A DNA stretch of 64,000 nt from IMG/VR virus record IMGVR_UViG_3300042868_012858, positions 9,570-73,569 of that record; one strand, given 5' to 3'. Origin of the DNA: a virus. Below are positions 36,859-46,288 of the stretch, one piece after another. Under the pieces are notes generated by a model. It was not told where the DNA came from. It made no database searches and was given only the letters and a program-made list of their open reading frames with translations. The position numbers were made by a program, and so were the translations under genes. How positions within the stretch are numbered: the stretch's first letter is position 1; each line of letters opens with the position of its first letter.

Positions 36859-37876
36859 TGAAAATACAGACAATAGTTTAAATCTAGATAAAAGTTTACA
36901 CAACGAGGAGCGGGACATAAACAATCCCGCTTCTAGTTATGACTCTAATGGTGCAGATTTAAATAATCCCTCGGAAAATGAAAATAGCGAGGAACAAACT
37001 GTTGTATCTTCTGGTACTGATGTTGAAATTCTAGAATTAGAAAAAAAACGTAAAACATATTGGACCGAAGATACAGAAAAAGCAGTTATTGAATTTTTAA
37101 ATAATGATTGTAATTACTTTCAAGTAAAATTAGAAAAATATTTTGATGAATGTAAAAAGAAAAAATTAGAGCCAGATTACGAATACATAGAACAATTACA
37201 AGAAAAATATGAGTGGGCTTGTGGGTCTGAAATTATGTTTAAAAAAGAATTAATATATAAAAAACATATTCATAAACCACTTAATAGACTCATTGAAAAT
37301 ATTATATTCAATTTCAAGCTTTTTAGACCTGGTGTTGACATTAAAACAATACAATCAGATTGCCTTTCTTTTGTGTATGGAAAATTCGCAAATTTCAATC
37401 CAGATAAAAATGCAAAATCATTTTCCTTTTTTGGAACAATAGCAAAGCATTATTTGATGGGTGAAAAAAAGGATATCGATAAAAGTCAACAAGTAAATCT
37501 TGACTATGATGATCATAAAGAAGAAGCTGATAGAAAGGATGTTGTAGAATTAGGCGAAAAGAGTGATTTGGATACGTCTTTTAGTCTTTTTTCTTTCGTG
37601 ATAAATAGCTTAGAGGGTGAGATTGAGAAAAAATTAAATAACCCCGATGAAAAGAAAGGTTTGTCTGATAATGACTTAAAGGTTGCAGACGCAATAGTTC
37701 AAATTTTTAAAAGTCATGAATTATTAGGAGCCTACAATAAAAACCATGTATATCATTTAATCAAAGAGTATACAGGTCTACAAACAAAAGACATTACATA
37801 TTCACTGGCGAGGTTTAGAGTTTTCTACAGACTGCTCAAACAAGATTTCATAAAAGATAGTCAAAATGAAGATTAA
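36842..37876 (+). CDS. Late-transcription sigma factor, T4 gp55-like (start revised to 36842)
   Basis: YWTEDTEKAV, LIENII, FANFNPDKNAKSFSFFGTIAKHYL region-2-like motif. Confidence 0.7.
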   Translation: MNYLPNENTDNSLNLDKSLHNEERDINNPASSYDSNGADLNNPSENENSEEQTVVSSGTDVEILELEKKRKTYWTEDTEKAVIEFLNNDCNYFQVKLEKYFDECKKKKLEPDYEYIEQLQEKYEWACGSEIMFKKELIYKKHIHKPLNRLIENIIFNFKLFRPGVDIKTIQSDCLSFVYGKFANFNPDKNAKSFSFFGTIAKHYLMGEKKDIDKSQQVNLDYDDHKEEADRKDVVELGEKSDLDTSFSLFSFVINSLEGEIEKKLNNPDEKKGLSDNDLKVADAIVQIFKSHELLGAYNKNHVYHLIKEYTGLQTKDITYSLARFRVFYRLLKQDFIKDSQNED

Positions 37877-37879
37877 ATA

Positions 37880-37909
37880 AAAAAGCAGTTCTATTAAGGG
37901 CTGCTTTTT
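37880..37909 (+). terminator. Intrinsic terminator
   Basis: aaaaagcagttc...gggctgcttttt just after the sigma stop codon. Confidence 0.7.
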
Positions 37910-37949
37910 ATATTTTTTTTTGAATAAACTATTTATAAATAAAAAAGTT

Positions 37950-38336
37950 ATGGCAAGAGAAATTAAAATGAATGAAGATTCTTATTTGATGCTTTTAAAT
38001 AAGGTTCTTACAAATAAAGAAGAAGAGAGAGAATTAGCTTTAGATAGATACAGAAAGGCGGACGAAAAAATGGAAACTAATGACCACTTTGTGGTTATGG
38101 GTAAAAACGCAGTATCATATTTAAGATTAGCTTCAGACACAACAAATGATATGTTTAATGTTGCCAAAGAGATAAAAAGTGTAATCTATAAAGATGACTC
38201 ACAAGCAGGATCAACATTAGCTATTAATGACGAAACTATGAAAATGGTTATCGACCAAATTAAACAATCAGAAGATGCTGAATTTGGAAGTGATGATAAG
38301 AGTCAACTTTTGGATGATGATATAGAAGATTTATAA
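37950..38336 (+). CDS. Hypothetical helical protein (start revised to 37950)
   Basis: TATTTAT at 37930-37936 before ATG 37950. Confidence 0.6.
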   Translation: MAREIKMNEDSYLMLLNKVLTNKEEERELALDRYRKADEKMETNDHFVVMGKNAVSYLRLASDTTNDMFNVAKEIKSVIYKDDSQAGSTLAINDETMKMVIDQIKQSEDAEFGSDDKSQLLDDDIEDL

Positions 38337-38338
38337 AA

Positions 38339-39655
38339 ATGCCAATAAATCCAAATACATACTTTGCTCCAGCTTTAACGGATTTGCAATCTGAATTGAC
38401 CGCAAAAATAGGGTCAATGAAAAGTATATTGGCTTTACCAAACATAAAAAAGCCAAACATACCGAAAGACCAGCAAATTTCTACTATGGATTATCTATTA
38501 AAGGTATTTTCATCTTTAGGTATAGATCCTCAGGTTATATTTAATGCGTTTTTATCTAGTGTTCTTGATGAATTCACTCCAAAATTAGAAGAATTTGTAC
38601 TTAAGGCAATAGGTGATGCTTTTGGTCAAAAGGGAATACAAATTTCTCCTTACATAAATAATCCATTAGCTAATAGCGCACAGATACAAATTTTTAAAGA
38701 TGAAAACTATAAGTTTCTTAAAAATTTAATACCTGATACATTTCTACAAACAGCTAAACAAAAAATTGTAAGGGATTTAATGATTATGATTTTTGGCCCT
38801 AAAGATGGTCCTGCAGCGGAGGCGTTAAACCCAAATGCAGCAGAAAGAGAATATTTAATAAGTAATGCTGTTTGTGGACTTGGAATGTTCGCCATTTCAA
38901 ATGATCCAGAGTTAAAAAATTCTGATATAGAATATACTAGAATAAAGAAAAGACAGGAATTAGAAAAGGGTCAAGTTGTTTATGAAATATCTTGTCAGGA
39001 TGTAAAAATTACTTTACCTGAAAATCCTACTATTCTTTTTCAGGGAGGTGGTGTAAATTCAGTAGGTCAAAATTTACCACTAACTCCATATCAAAGTATT
39101 GTACAGATAAATCAATATGTAGTTAATCAGTCTCAAAAAATAAACAACGAGAAAAACTCAAATAAAGTAGGTAAGTCATTTTCTCAAATATTAGTAGAAA
39201 GTTTGATTAATGCTATGTCTACTTTAATTCAACCATATTTGCCTAGTGTTTTTTCAACAATAGAAGCTGCCGTAGCTGTCGAAAACAATCTACCTGCTGG
39301 TTCTGTTAGTTTTCCTACGATAGATTTTGTTTCTAGTATGTGTGAGATTAATAATCTGACCAACTCTAATGATACCGAATCACAAAAAACGCAAAAAAAG
39401 GAATTTGTTAGAAGCTTGCTAAATTCTTTACTTAAAGATTTAATAAAACTACTTTTGGTTTTTGCAATAAAAAGATTTAAAAAGTTCGTAAAACAATACT
39501 TTGCAAAAAGAGCAGTAGAAAGACAGAAAAGAAAAGCAGAAAAAGCTAGGCTCAAGTATGAGCAAATATTATCTAAAGTAAAAGATACTCAAGATAAGGT
39601 TGAAAAATACCAAGCAGCAATTAGTATATTAACCAATTTCTTAGGAGCAATATAA
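38339..39655 (+). CDS. Hypothetical helical tail/baseplate-region protein
   Basis: 438-aa ORF in a late operon; amphipathic and basic C-terminus. Confidence 0.6.
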   Translation: MPINPNTYFAPALTDLQSELTAKIGSMKSILALPNIKKPNIPKDQQISTMDYLLKVFSSLGIDPQVIFNAFLSSVLDEFTPKLEEFVLKAIGDAFGQKGIQISPYINNPLANSAQIQIFKDENYKFLKNLIPDTFLQTAKQKIVRDLMIMIFGPKDGPAAEALNPNAAEREYLISNAVCGLGMFAISNDPELKNSDIEYTRIKKRQELEKGQVVYEISCQDVKITLPENPTILFQGGGVNSVGQNLPLTPYQSIVQINQYVVNQSQKINNEKNSNKVGKSFSQILVESLINAMSTLIQPYLPSVFSTIEAAVAVENNLPAGSVSFPTIDFVSSMCEINNLTNSNDTESQKTQKKEFVRSLLNSLLKDLIKLLLVFAIKRFKKFVKQYFAKRAVERQKRKAEKARLKYEQILSKVKDTQDKVEKYQAAISILTNFLGAI

Positions 39656-39656
39656 T

Positions 39657-40073
39657 ATGGAACAAATACCTGTAGATTCTAATTTAAATATCGCAGAAGA
39701 GATAGCATCGTTTTTTCTTTTCTTATTAAATGAAGATAGAACAATAACACCAAGACTATCTCTTAAGCAGATACTTACAGCAAAGGCAAGACCTGGTTTA
39801 AGTTCTGATATTTTGGCTACATCAATAATAGCTAGATTTCCAAGAATAGGAATACCTAATGGACCATTGGTCGGTGGGGCGCCAAATGTTATGGAGGAAT
39901 TTGTTAAGGTTTTGTGTGAAGAAATAATTGACGCAATTCAAAATGAAATGAGAGTTGACATTGCTTTGGATCCAGGGGCAACTGTAACAGCCGCTGGGGG
40001 AAATGCTGGAGGACCTGTAACTGTTGTTGGAGCTACAGTTGCACCTCACTCAGGAGTGGGTGTTGCAAGTTAA
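39657..40073 (+). CDS. Hypothetical baseplate-region protein with Gly-rich C-terminus
   Basis: AAGGNAGGPVTVVG tail; upstream of the gp5-like gene. Confidence 0.6.
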   Translation: MEQIPVDSNLNIAEEIASFFLFLLNEDRTITPRLSLKQILTAKARPGLSSDILATSIIARFPRIGIPNGPLVGGAPNVMEEFVKVLCEEIIDAIQNEMRVDIALDPGATVTAAGGNAGGPVTVVGATVAPHSGVGVAS

Positions 40074-40084
40074 TTTTATTTATT

Positions 40085-40306
40085 ATGAAAAAGACAAAAC
40101 AACAATTAATAGAAGAAGCTAATGTTCTAGCAGAAGAACATCAATTCAAAAAAGATGTTATTGAAAAGATGCTTAATAGTTTAGATGAAAAAAAAGGTTT
40201 GACACCTGAGCATTTAGAAGCTATGGGTATAATACAAAACATTTTAAATGAAATGGATGATATAGAAAAAAATCATCAAGAAATAATAAAACAAATAAAG
40301 AACTAA
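40085..40306 (+). CDS. Small coiled-coil hypothetical protein
   Basis: 73 aa, tightly packed in the operon. Confidence 0.55.
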   Translation: MKKTKQQLIEEANVLAEEHQFKKDVIEKMLNSLDEKKGLTPEHLEAMGIIQNILNEMDDIEKNHQEIIKQIKN

Positions 40307-40307
40307 A

Positions 40308-41303
40308 ATGGCTGGTATTAACGACTTAGCGGCTTCTATTCTGCAAATGAATAATCAGGCTAATTTTGCATCACTTGGAAACAATAGTGCTAGGGGTGTA
40401 TATCCTGCTATTGTTGTTAGTACTGATGACCCAACAGGTCAAAATAGAATTAAAGCTAGAATTGTTACGTTAGACAATGAAGGAAATGTTTCAGGAGGTA
40501 AAGATAGAGATAAGTTAGATAAAGACTTGGTTTATTGTTATCCTTTAATTCCAGAATTTTTCCACGTAAGACCTATAGCTCAACAATTAGATAATTCTGG
40601 AAAGATAATTTCACAAGGTGAAATGGTTTGGATTATTTTAGAAAATTCTTCAGACGATTCTGCTCCTAGATATTGGGTAGGTCCAATAATTTCATCTCAA
40701 TTAAAGTTAAAATTTCAAGCATACGCTGAAGCGGTAAAAATGACTGACATAACCCCGTTCAACGTAAACATAGCAACAAATAATGATTTTAAAGTTGACA
40801 ATCTTCTTCCTGGATCAGCCGATGTGGCAGTGCAAGGTAGAGATGATGCTGATTTGATTTTAAAACCTAGACAATTAATTTTATCATCAGGAAAATTTAA
40901 GCCCAATTCTATTATACCAAATGATGTATCACCTTCAAACCTTACATTAACTCAGTTTGATAACAATAAGATAGGTCCGTTAAAGACTTTTTCTCAAGCA
41001 AACATTCAATCATCAAATGTAAATATCTATTCTCCTATAGGAAAATTTAGAGATAAAAATTTGGCTAAATTTGAGGTAAATGAAAACCTAAAATCATTTG
41101 GAAATTTAGCAGACTCTTTACATCCAGCTGTTTTAGGAGACGAATTAGTTAAATTGTTAGATTTAATCATTAGGGTTTTACTTACTCACATTCATACACC
41201 ACAAAATCCTTTATTGCCAACTCCAGATTCAGACACACTATTAGATTACACCGTTCAAGGTGAATTGCAAAATATAATATCTAACGTTGTAAGAATTAAT
41301 TAA
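40308..41303 (+). CDS. Baseplate hub/spike protein, gp5/VgrG OB-fold-like (no lysozyme domain)
   Basis: VVSTDDPTGQNRIKAR, RYWVGP, AVLGDEL, HIH tip motif. Confidence 0.75.
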   Translation: MAGINDLAASILQMNNQANFASLGNNSARGVYPAIVVSTDDPTGQNRIKARIVTLDNEGNVSGGKDRDKLDKDLVYCYPLIPEFFHVRPIAQQLDNSGKIISQGEMVWIILENSSDDSAPRYWVGPIISSQLKLKFQAYAEAVKMTDITPFNVNIATNNDFKVDNLLPGSADVAVQGRDDADLILKPRQLILSSGKFKPNSIIPNDVSPSNLTLTQFDNNKIGPLKTFSQANIQSSNVNIYSPIGKFRDKNLAKFEVNENLKSFGNLADSLHPAVLGDELVKLLDLIIRVLLTHIHTPQNPLLPTPDSDTLLDYTVQGELQNIISNVVRIN

Positions 41304-42724
41304 AAACTTCTTAAAACTTTAAATTTAATTTTTTCATTCTGTATTCTTGCTGTACCCAATTCTTTTACTCTAAATTGGATTTCATATGTTTGATTATGTA
41401 ATAGCCAATTTGTCTGTAAATCAAAATAGTTAGAAGGACATCTATCTATTACAGCTTGATTTATTGGAGTCCAAGGAATCACCTCAACTTGATTATTCAT
41501 AACCATTTTATACTCTATAGCATAGTTTGTTTTTGGAGCATTAGTAGAGAAATTAACTCTAAGGTCACAATATATTCTTATGTTTTCTTCTGTACTAATA
41601 ATTGAGCCATTATCTATTCCATATGTTGTCAGTGAATACGCATTTACTTGTGGCGCATTTCTCATATAATAATTGTCTTGAACAACAAAATATTGAGTAT
41701 AATCTTGCTTATCAAACCCAGGGTTAAAAGTAACTCCCTCCCAAATATCTTTGTATTGTTGACCTCTAGTTGCAGCGCTCATCCAAACATCTACGAAATA
41801 AACTCCTTTATCTATTCTAGTTGGAGTCAATCCAGATTGAACTATTGCATTTGCCGAGTTTCTTATTGTAACTGTTGATGAAGAGAAAAAGTTTGCAGCG
41901 TCATTACCGCTGAATGTATATAAAAATAACCTGCAAGTTCTATTGTTGTTTATATTTAACCTATCATCAATAAAAGATTGATTATAATTAACTTCTATAT
42001 AAGGTTTAAATGCTGTATTTGTGTTTTCTGTATAAAAAGAAGCAATATATCTAGTATCTGTACTTAATAGTTCGTAATATCTACTATATGCAACTCCTAT
42101 ACCATTATTTGTTGTCCCTCCAGTCAACCAATCTAACACAATATTAGTTATATCCATATCAATATCTTCATCGCCTATGTCAAAATGTTGTGAAGCATAT
42201 TGAGTAACTGCTGTAGAAGCTGTAGGGTTTGAAAATACGCCAGGTTCATCCCAAGTGTTAACTTGCGTTGCATAATCCCAATTTGAGTAGCCTGTAATTA
42301 GAGGATTTTCGCCTAGGGCTCTTACTGTGTAAAAAGATTTTGTTAAATCATAACCTCTTCCTTGATCCCAATTTTTATTAATCGGAAAGCATATTAGGTC
42401 AAAAGATGAAGATATTTTTTTATCCAAAACGTCATATTCATACTCTGGCTCTAAAACCTTGTTTCTAGGAATACTATTTGTCAATTTTAATTTAAAAGAA
42501 GAAACATAATCAACAATTATTTCTCCATTATTAATTTTATTTTGTAAATCGGACAAATCAAATTTTAAGATATATCTACTATAAGAATTTCTCTTCTCTG
42601 GGGATGTATCAGTTCCGCCACCACCATACCAAAGGTCAGTGATACTATTTTGTCCACTATTGAAATTTTTATACAATCCAGAGGCGATAGTGTTACTTTT
42701 TGAGGGGTATATACGAAATATCAT
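41300..42724 (-). CDS. Putative virion structural protein (DNRLRE-like)
   Basis: SRYILKFDL, WDQGRGYD, SQHFDIGDEDI.MDIT, KPYIEV. Confidence 0.6.
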   Translation of the reverse strand: MIFRIYPSKSNTIASGLYKNFNSGQNSITDLWYGGGGTDTSPEKRNSYSRYILKFDLSDLQNKINNGEIIVDYVSSFKLKLTNSIPRNKVLEPEYEYDVLDKKISSSFDLICFPINKNWDQGRGYDLTKSFYTVRALGENPLITGYSNWDYATQVNTWDEPGVFSNPTASTAVTQYASQHFDIGDEDIDMDITNIVLDWLTGGTTNNGIGVAYSRYYELLSTDTRYIASFYTENTNTAFKPYIEVNYNQSFIDDRLNINNNRTCRLFLYTFSGNDAANFFSSSTVTIRNSANAIVQSGLTPTRIDKGVYFVDVWMSAATRGQQYKDIWEGVTFNPGFDKQDYTQYFVVQDNYYMRNAPQVNAYSLTTYGIDNGSIISTEENIRIYCDLRVNFSTNAPKTNYAIEYKMVMNNQVEVIPWTPINQAVIDRCPSNYFDLQTNWLLHNQTYEIQFRVKELGTARIQNEKIKFKVLRSF

Positions 42725-43839
42725 AAATTTATTTTATTTAATTTATTAATTACTTTTTCATTAAATTTAATTCTTAATAGTTTAATTTCATTTTTTTTAC
42801 AAAATTCATTTTTAATACTATCTCTATAAATAGTCAAATTATATCCAATCTCCCCTCCAAATTTTTTTATTGGCTTAAAATGTTGCATTCCATCATATTC
42901 AATACATAGGTTATGGTTTGGTAAATAAAAGTCAAATCTTAATTTCCTTCCAGTTTTTGGATTAATACATTTATCAAATGTTTTTTGTTTAGTAAAAAAT
43001 ATATTATTTTTTTTTAAAAAATTATTAATCTCTTTTTCGCCTTTTGACTCCCTACAATGCGGACATCCTTGTTTTTGATTTAAGTGCGCATCTGGAGTTT
43101 GTGTAAATTCCCCATGCTCTAAACATATAATTTTAATTTTTGTAGAGTTATTTTTATAGTCAACCAAGGAATAATCATATTTATCACCATGTATTTCTTT
43201 TGCTCTAATTATTAGTGAATTAATTGTTGGTTTGAATTTGCCACTACATTTAGAGCACCCATTTTTTGCTGATATATGATTGTTAGGGTTTTGTTCAAAA
43301 ATCCCGTGTTTTGGGCAAATAATTTTAATTTTTGTTGAGTTATTTTTATAATCAACTAAGGAATAGTCATATGCATTACCATGTATTTCTTTTGCTTTCT
43401 TTGTAAAATCACCTACGGTTAAAGTTTTTGATTTAATTAAATACTCTCTTGCACATTTATCACATCCGTGCTTAAGTAGATGATTTGACGGCACTTGTAT
43501 AAATTCCCCGTGTTTTGGGCAAATAATTTTAATTTTTGTTGAGTTATTTTTATAATCAACTAAGGAATAGTCATATGTATTACCATGTATTTCTTTTGCT
43601 TTCTTTATAAAATCATCTGTAGTTAAAGTTTGTCTTTTTGCTTGTTCTATTGCGGCGCATTTTTTACAACCGCCACCATTTAGGTGAACGCCTGCATTTT
43701 GCTTAAAACTTCCATGTTCGTTACAGATAATCTCAACACTTTTTCTATTTCCTTCGTACACTGTATCAAAATAATCATATTTATGTCTATGAATTAAATT
43801 AGCTTTTTTTATAAACTCTTCTGTTGTCAATTTTTTCAT
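42721..43839 (-). mobile_element. Free-standing homing-endonuclease-like gene: four CxxHG Zn-ribbon (DUF723-like) repeats plus C-terminal PD-(D/E)xK/Vsr-like nuclease (start revised to 43839)
   Basis: HGxxYDYS.V.Y......IICxxHG.F.Q repeats, GCxxC, ESKGE, FDFYLP, IEYDGMQH. Confidence 0.82.
43303..43606. repeat. Near-identical ~100-bp direct repeat (43303-43402 and 43507-43606; 204-bp period) in the endonuclease gene
   Basis: cccgtgttttgggcaaataattttaatttttgttgagttatttttataatcaactaagg... occurs twice with about one mismatch. Confidence 0.9.
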
Positions 43840-43972
43840 ACTTATAAATATTCGAAAAAAACATTGTTTCATTTTGTAGGATATGTTGTAAATGTGTTCA
43901 TTGCTTTTTTCTATAAATAGATTTTTGTTTATTTTTTTTACTCATCTATTTATATTTAAAAAGAATAATTAT

Positions 43973-44362
43973 ATGGCTGTAGGAGTAAGATTCCCATTTC
44001 AAGAAACCAACGAAGGGGGTGTATTTAGATACACAAAATCCTCTGAGGAGGCAATTAGAACAAATTTAATTTCTCTTTTGACTACTAAAAAGAAGCAAAG
44101 GGTGATGAACAACAATTTGTATTCACCTCTTTATGAGCAAATTTTTGAACAATGGGATGAGGTGGCTCAAGATTCTTTAGATGGTAAACTTAATGATGTA
44201 ATAAATAGATACATCCCAGAGATAACAATTATAGATATACAATATACTTTTGACGAAACAACTTATGTTTTAACAGTTAAAGTTATATATTCTATAGATT
44301 ATTTACCAGGCACTCAAAGTTCTGTAGAAGTTGGAGTTGCTCTACAACAAAATGTTTTATAA
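43973..44362 (+). CDS. gp25: Baseplate wedge protein, gp25-like (start revised to 43973)
   Basis: GVRFPF, AIRTNLISLLTTKKKQRVMN, IFEQ, RYIPEI. Confidence 0.85.
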   Translation: MAVGVRFPFQETNEGGVFRYTKSSEEAIRTNLISLLTTKKKQRVMNNNLYSPLYEQIFEQWDEVAQDSLDGKLNDVINRYIPEITIIDIQYTFDETTYVLTVKVIYSIDYLPGTQSSVEVGVALQQNVL

Positions 44363-44371
44363 TACTAGAAA

Positions 44372-46228
44372 ATGGAAAATAATATTCAAGTAAACTACAT
44401 AAGTAGGGACTATACTTCAATAAGACAAGATCTTATAAATTATTTGAAGACTTTTTTCCCTGACCAATGGCAAGATTTTAATGTGGCATCGCCTGGTATG
44501 GCTATGGTTGAATTAAATGCTTACGTTGGGGATTTGTTATCATACATTGCAGACAAGAAGTTTAATGAAATGTTTTTGGATGGTCTTACAGAAAGAGTAT
44601 CTGCATATAGAATGGCTAAAACATTTGGATATAAAATTCCAGGTGTTAGACCTGCAATATCATTAGCTGATTTATCGATAGAAGTGCCTGTTACAGCAGA
44701 TGGTCCAGATGTAAATTATACACCCGTACTTAGAGAGGGAGTTCAAGTTAGAGGCGCTGGTCAAATATTTGAAACAATTAGTAGTATAGATTTTTCCAAT
44801 GATTACAATGAAGAAGGTGTGGCTAATAGAATTATAGAGCCAATACTAAATGGTAATCAGGATATTATTAAATATAGGATTACTAAAAGAGAAAAAATAA
44901 AAGCTGGTGCAACTAAAATCTTAAAAAGAGAAGTTTTAACAGCAGACGCCACGCCATTTTATCAACTAAATCTACCAGAGCCTAATGTTTTGGAAGTTTT
45001 AAATGTAATTGTATATGAAGGGCAGTTAGGAATAACATCAACTCCGACATATCAACAATTTAACGATCCTGATCTTAGATTTTATGAAGTGGATTATCTG
45101 CCAACAAATAAAATATTTATGGTAGATGATTCTTCTATTAGAGTTGGAGGTTATTATGTGGGTAAATACGTAGAAGTTGAGAAAAGATTTGAAAAAGAAT
45201 TTTTACCTAATGGTTCTTGTACTCTTACTTTTGGTGGAGGTCAAAAAGACTATGATGCCTATGATGCTTTTTTGACAAATTTATCAGGAGAAAAATGTCA
45301 AGGTACAGATTTGGATATATCTAAAATATTGAACAATACAGCATTGGGAGTTGTTGTTCCGCCTAACTCTACAATATTTGTCAAATATAGAATTGGGGGT
45401 GGTAATTTAAGTAACGTAGGATCAAACGTGTTAACTGATGTTTCTAATGTGGACGCTCAAATGGTTGGAACAAATGCAGTCACTAAACAGCAAGTTGTAG
45501 CGTCATTGAGGGTTACGAATCCTATACCAGCAATTGGGGGAAATGCACTACCTACAGTTAATGAGCTTAGAAAATATATTGCAGCAAATTACGCTGCTCA
45601 AAATAGATGTGTAACCATAGAAGATTACATATCGAGATGTTATCAGATGCCAGGTAAATTCGGTTCACCGTTTAAGGTTTATGGTACAGTTGAGGATAAT
45701 AAAGTTAAACTTTATGTACTTACAAGAGAAGCAAGCGGAAGATTAATAACAAGCTCTACTTCTGATATAAAGAGAAACTTGTTAAGATATATTACTCCTT
45801 ACAGAATGGTAAATGACTTTGTTGAAATTAATGATGCAAAAGTTGTAAACGTACAAATTGAAACTGACTTATATGTAGATAAAAGCTATAATATAAACGA
45901 GGTTAAAGCCAATGCTATTCAAGTGATTCAGAACTTTATGGATGTAGATAATTGGGAAATGAATGAGAATATCTATATTTCTCAAATTGTTGACCAATTA
46001 AGAGAAGTGCCAGGTGTAATAAATGTCGTAGATATTAGATTCTATAATATGGAATCTGGAGGATATTCAAACACTGTTCATTTTCAAGCTACAGCAGATA
46101 GATTTTTATTATCTACAGGAGGTTTTAGAACGCAAATAGAATATATTGATAATACTATATTAGGAACGCCTTTATCAATGTTTGAAGTGAAGTATCCAGA
46201 TCGTGATATTTTAGTGAGAGTGGCTTAA
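44372..46228 (+). CDS. gp6: Baseplate wedge protein, gp6-like
   Basis: YISRDY, DFNVASPG, YVGDLLSY, TFGGG, YRIGGG, AQNRCVTIEDY. Confidence 0.88.
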   Translation: MENNIQVNYISRDYTSIRQDLINYLKTFFPDQWQDFNVASPGMAMVELNAYVGDLLSYIADKKFNEMFLDGLTERVSAYRMAKTFGYKIPGVRPAISLADLSIEVPVTADGPDVNYTPVLREGVQVRGAGQIFETISSIDFSNDYNEEGVANRIIEPILNGNQDIIKYRITKREKIKAGATKILKREVLTADATPFYQLNLPEPNVLEVLNVIVYEGQLGITSTPTYQQFNDPDLRFYEVDYLPTNKIFMVDDSSIRVGGYYVGKYVEVEKRFEKEFLPNGSCTLTFGGGQKDYDAYDAFLTNLSGEKCQGTDLDISKILNNTALGVVVPPNSTIFVKYRIGGGNLSNVGSNVLTDVSNVDAQMVGTNAVTKQQVVASLRVTNPIPAIGGNALPTVNELRKYIAANYAAQNRCVTIEDYISRCYQMPGKFGSPFKVYGTVEDNKVKLYVLTREASGRLITSSTSDIKRNLLRYITPYRMVNDFVEINDAKVVNVQIETDLYVDKSYNINEVKANAIQVIQNFMDVDNWEMNENIYISQIVDQLREVPGVINVVDIRFYNMESGGYSNTVHFQATADRFLLSTGGFRTQIEYIDNTILGTPLSMFEVKYPDRDILVRVA

Positions 46229-46288
46229 AATATTATATAGAACATCCTTTATTTTTTTATGTATCATATTTATATTTAGTAATTAATT

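Noticed and set aside
15014-37876. Island as host chromosomal O-antigen DNA (prophage boundary or chimera)
   Set aside because: Contains phage-type genes (gp13-like, gp55-like, phosphoesterase), similar composition to the flanks, and no integrase or export genes
43892-43972. N-terminal extensions in the ORF track (gp25; also 4083, 25624, 35890, 36791, 37920, 43872)
   Set aside because: Extensions cross promoter-like DNA or overlap upstream genes; downstream ATGs fit motif spacing and domain starts better
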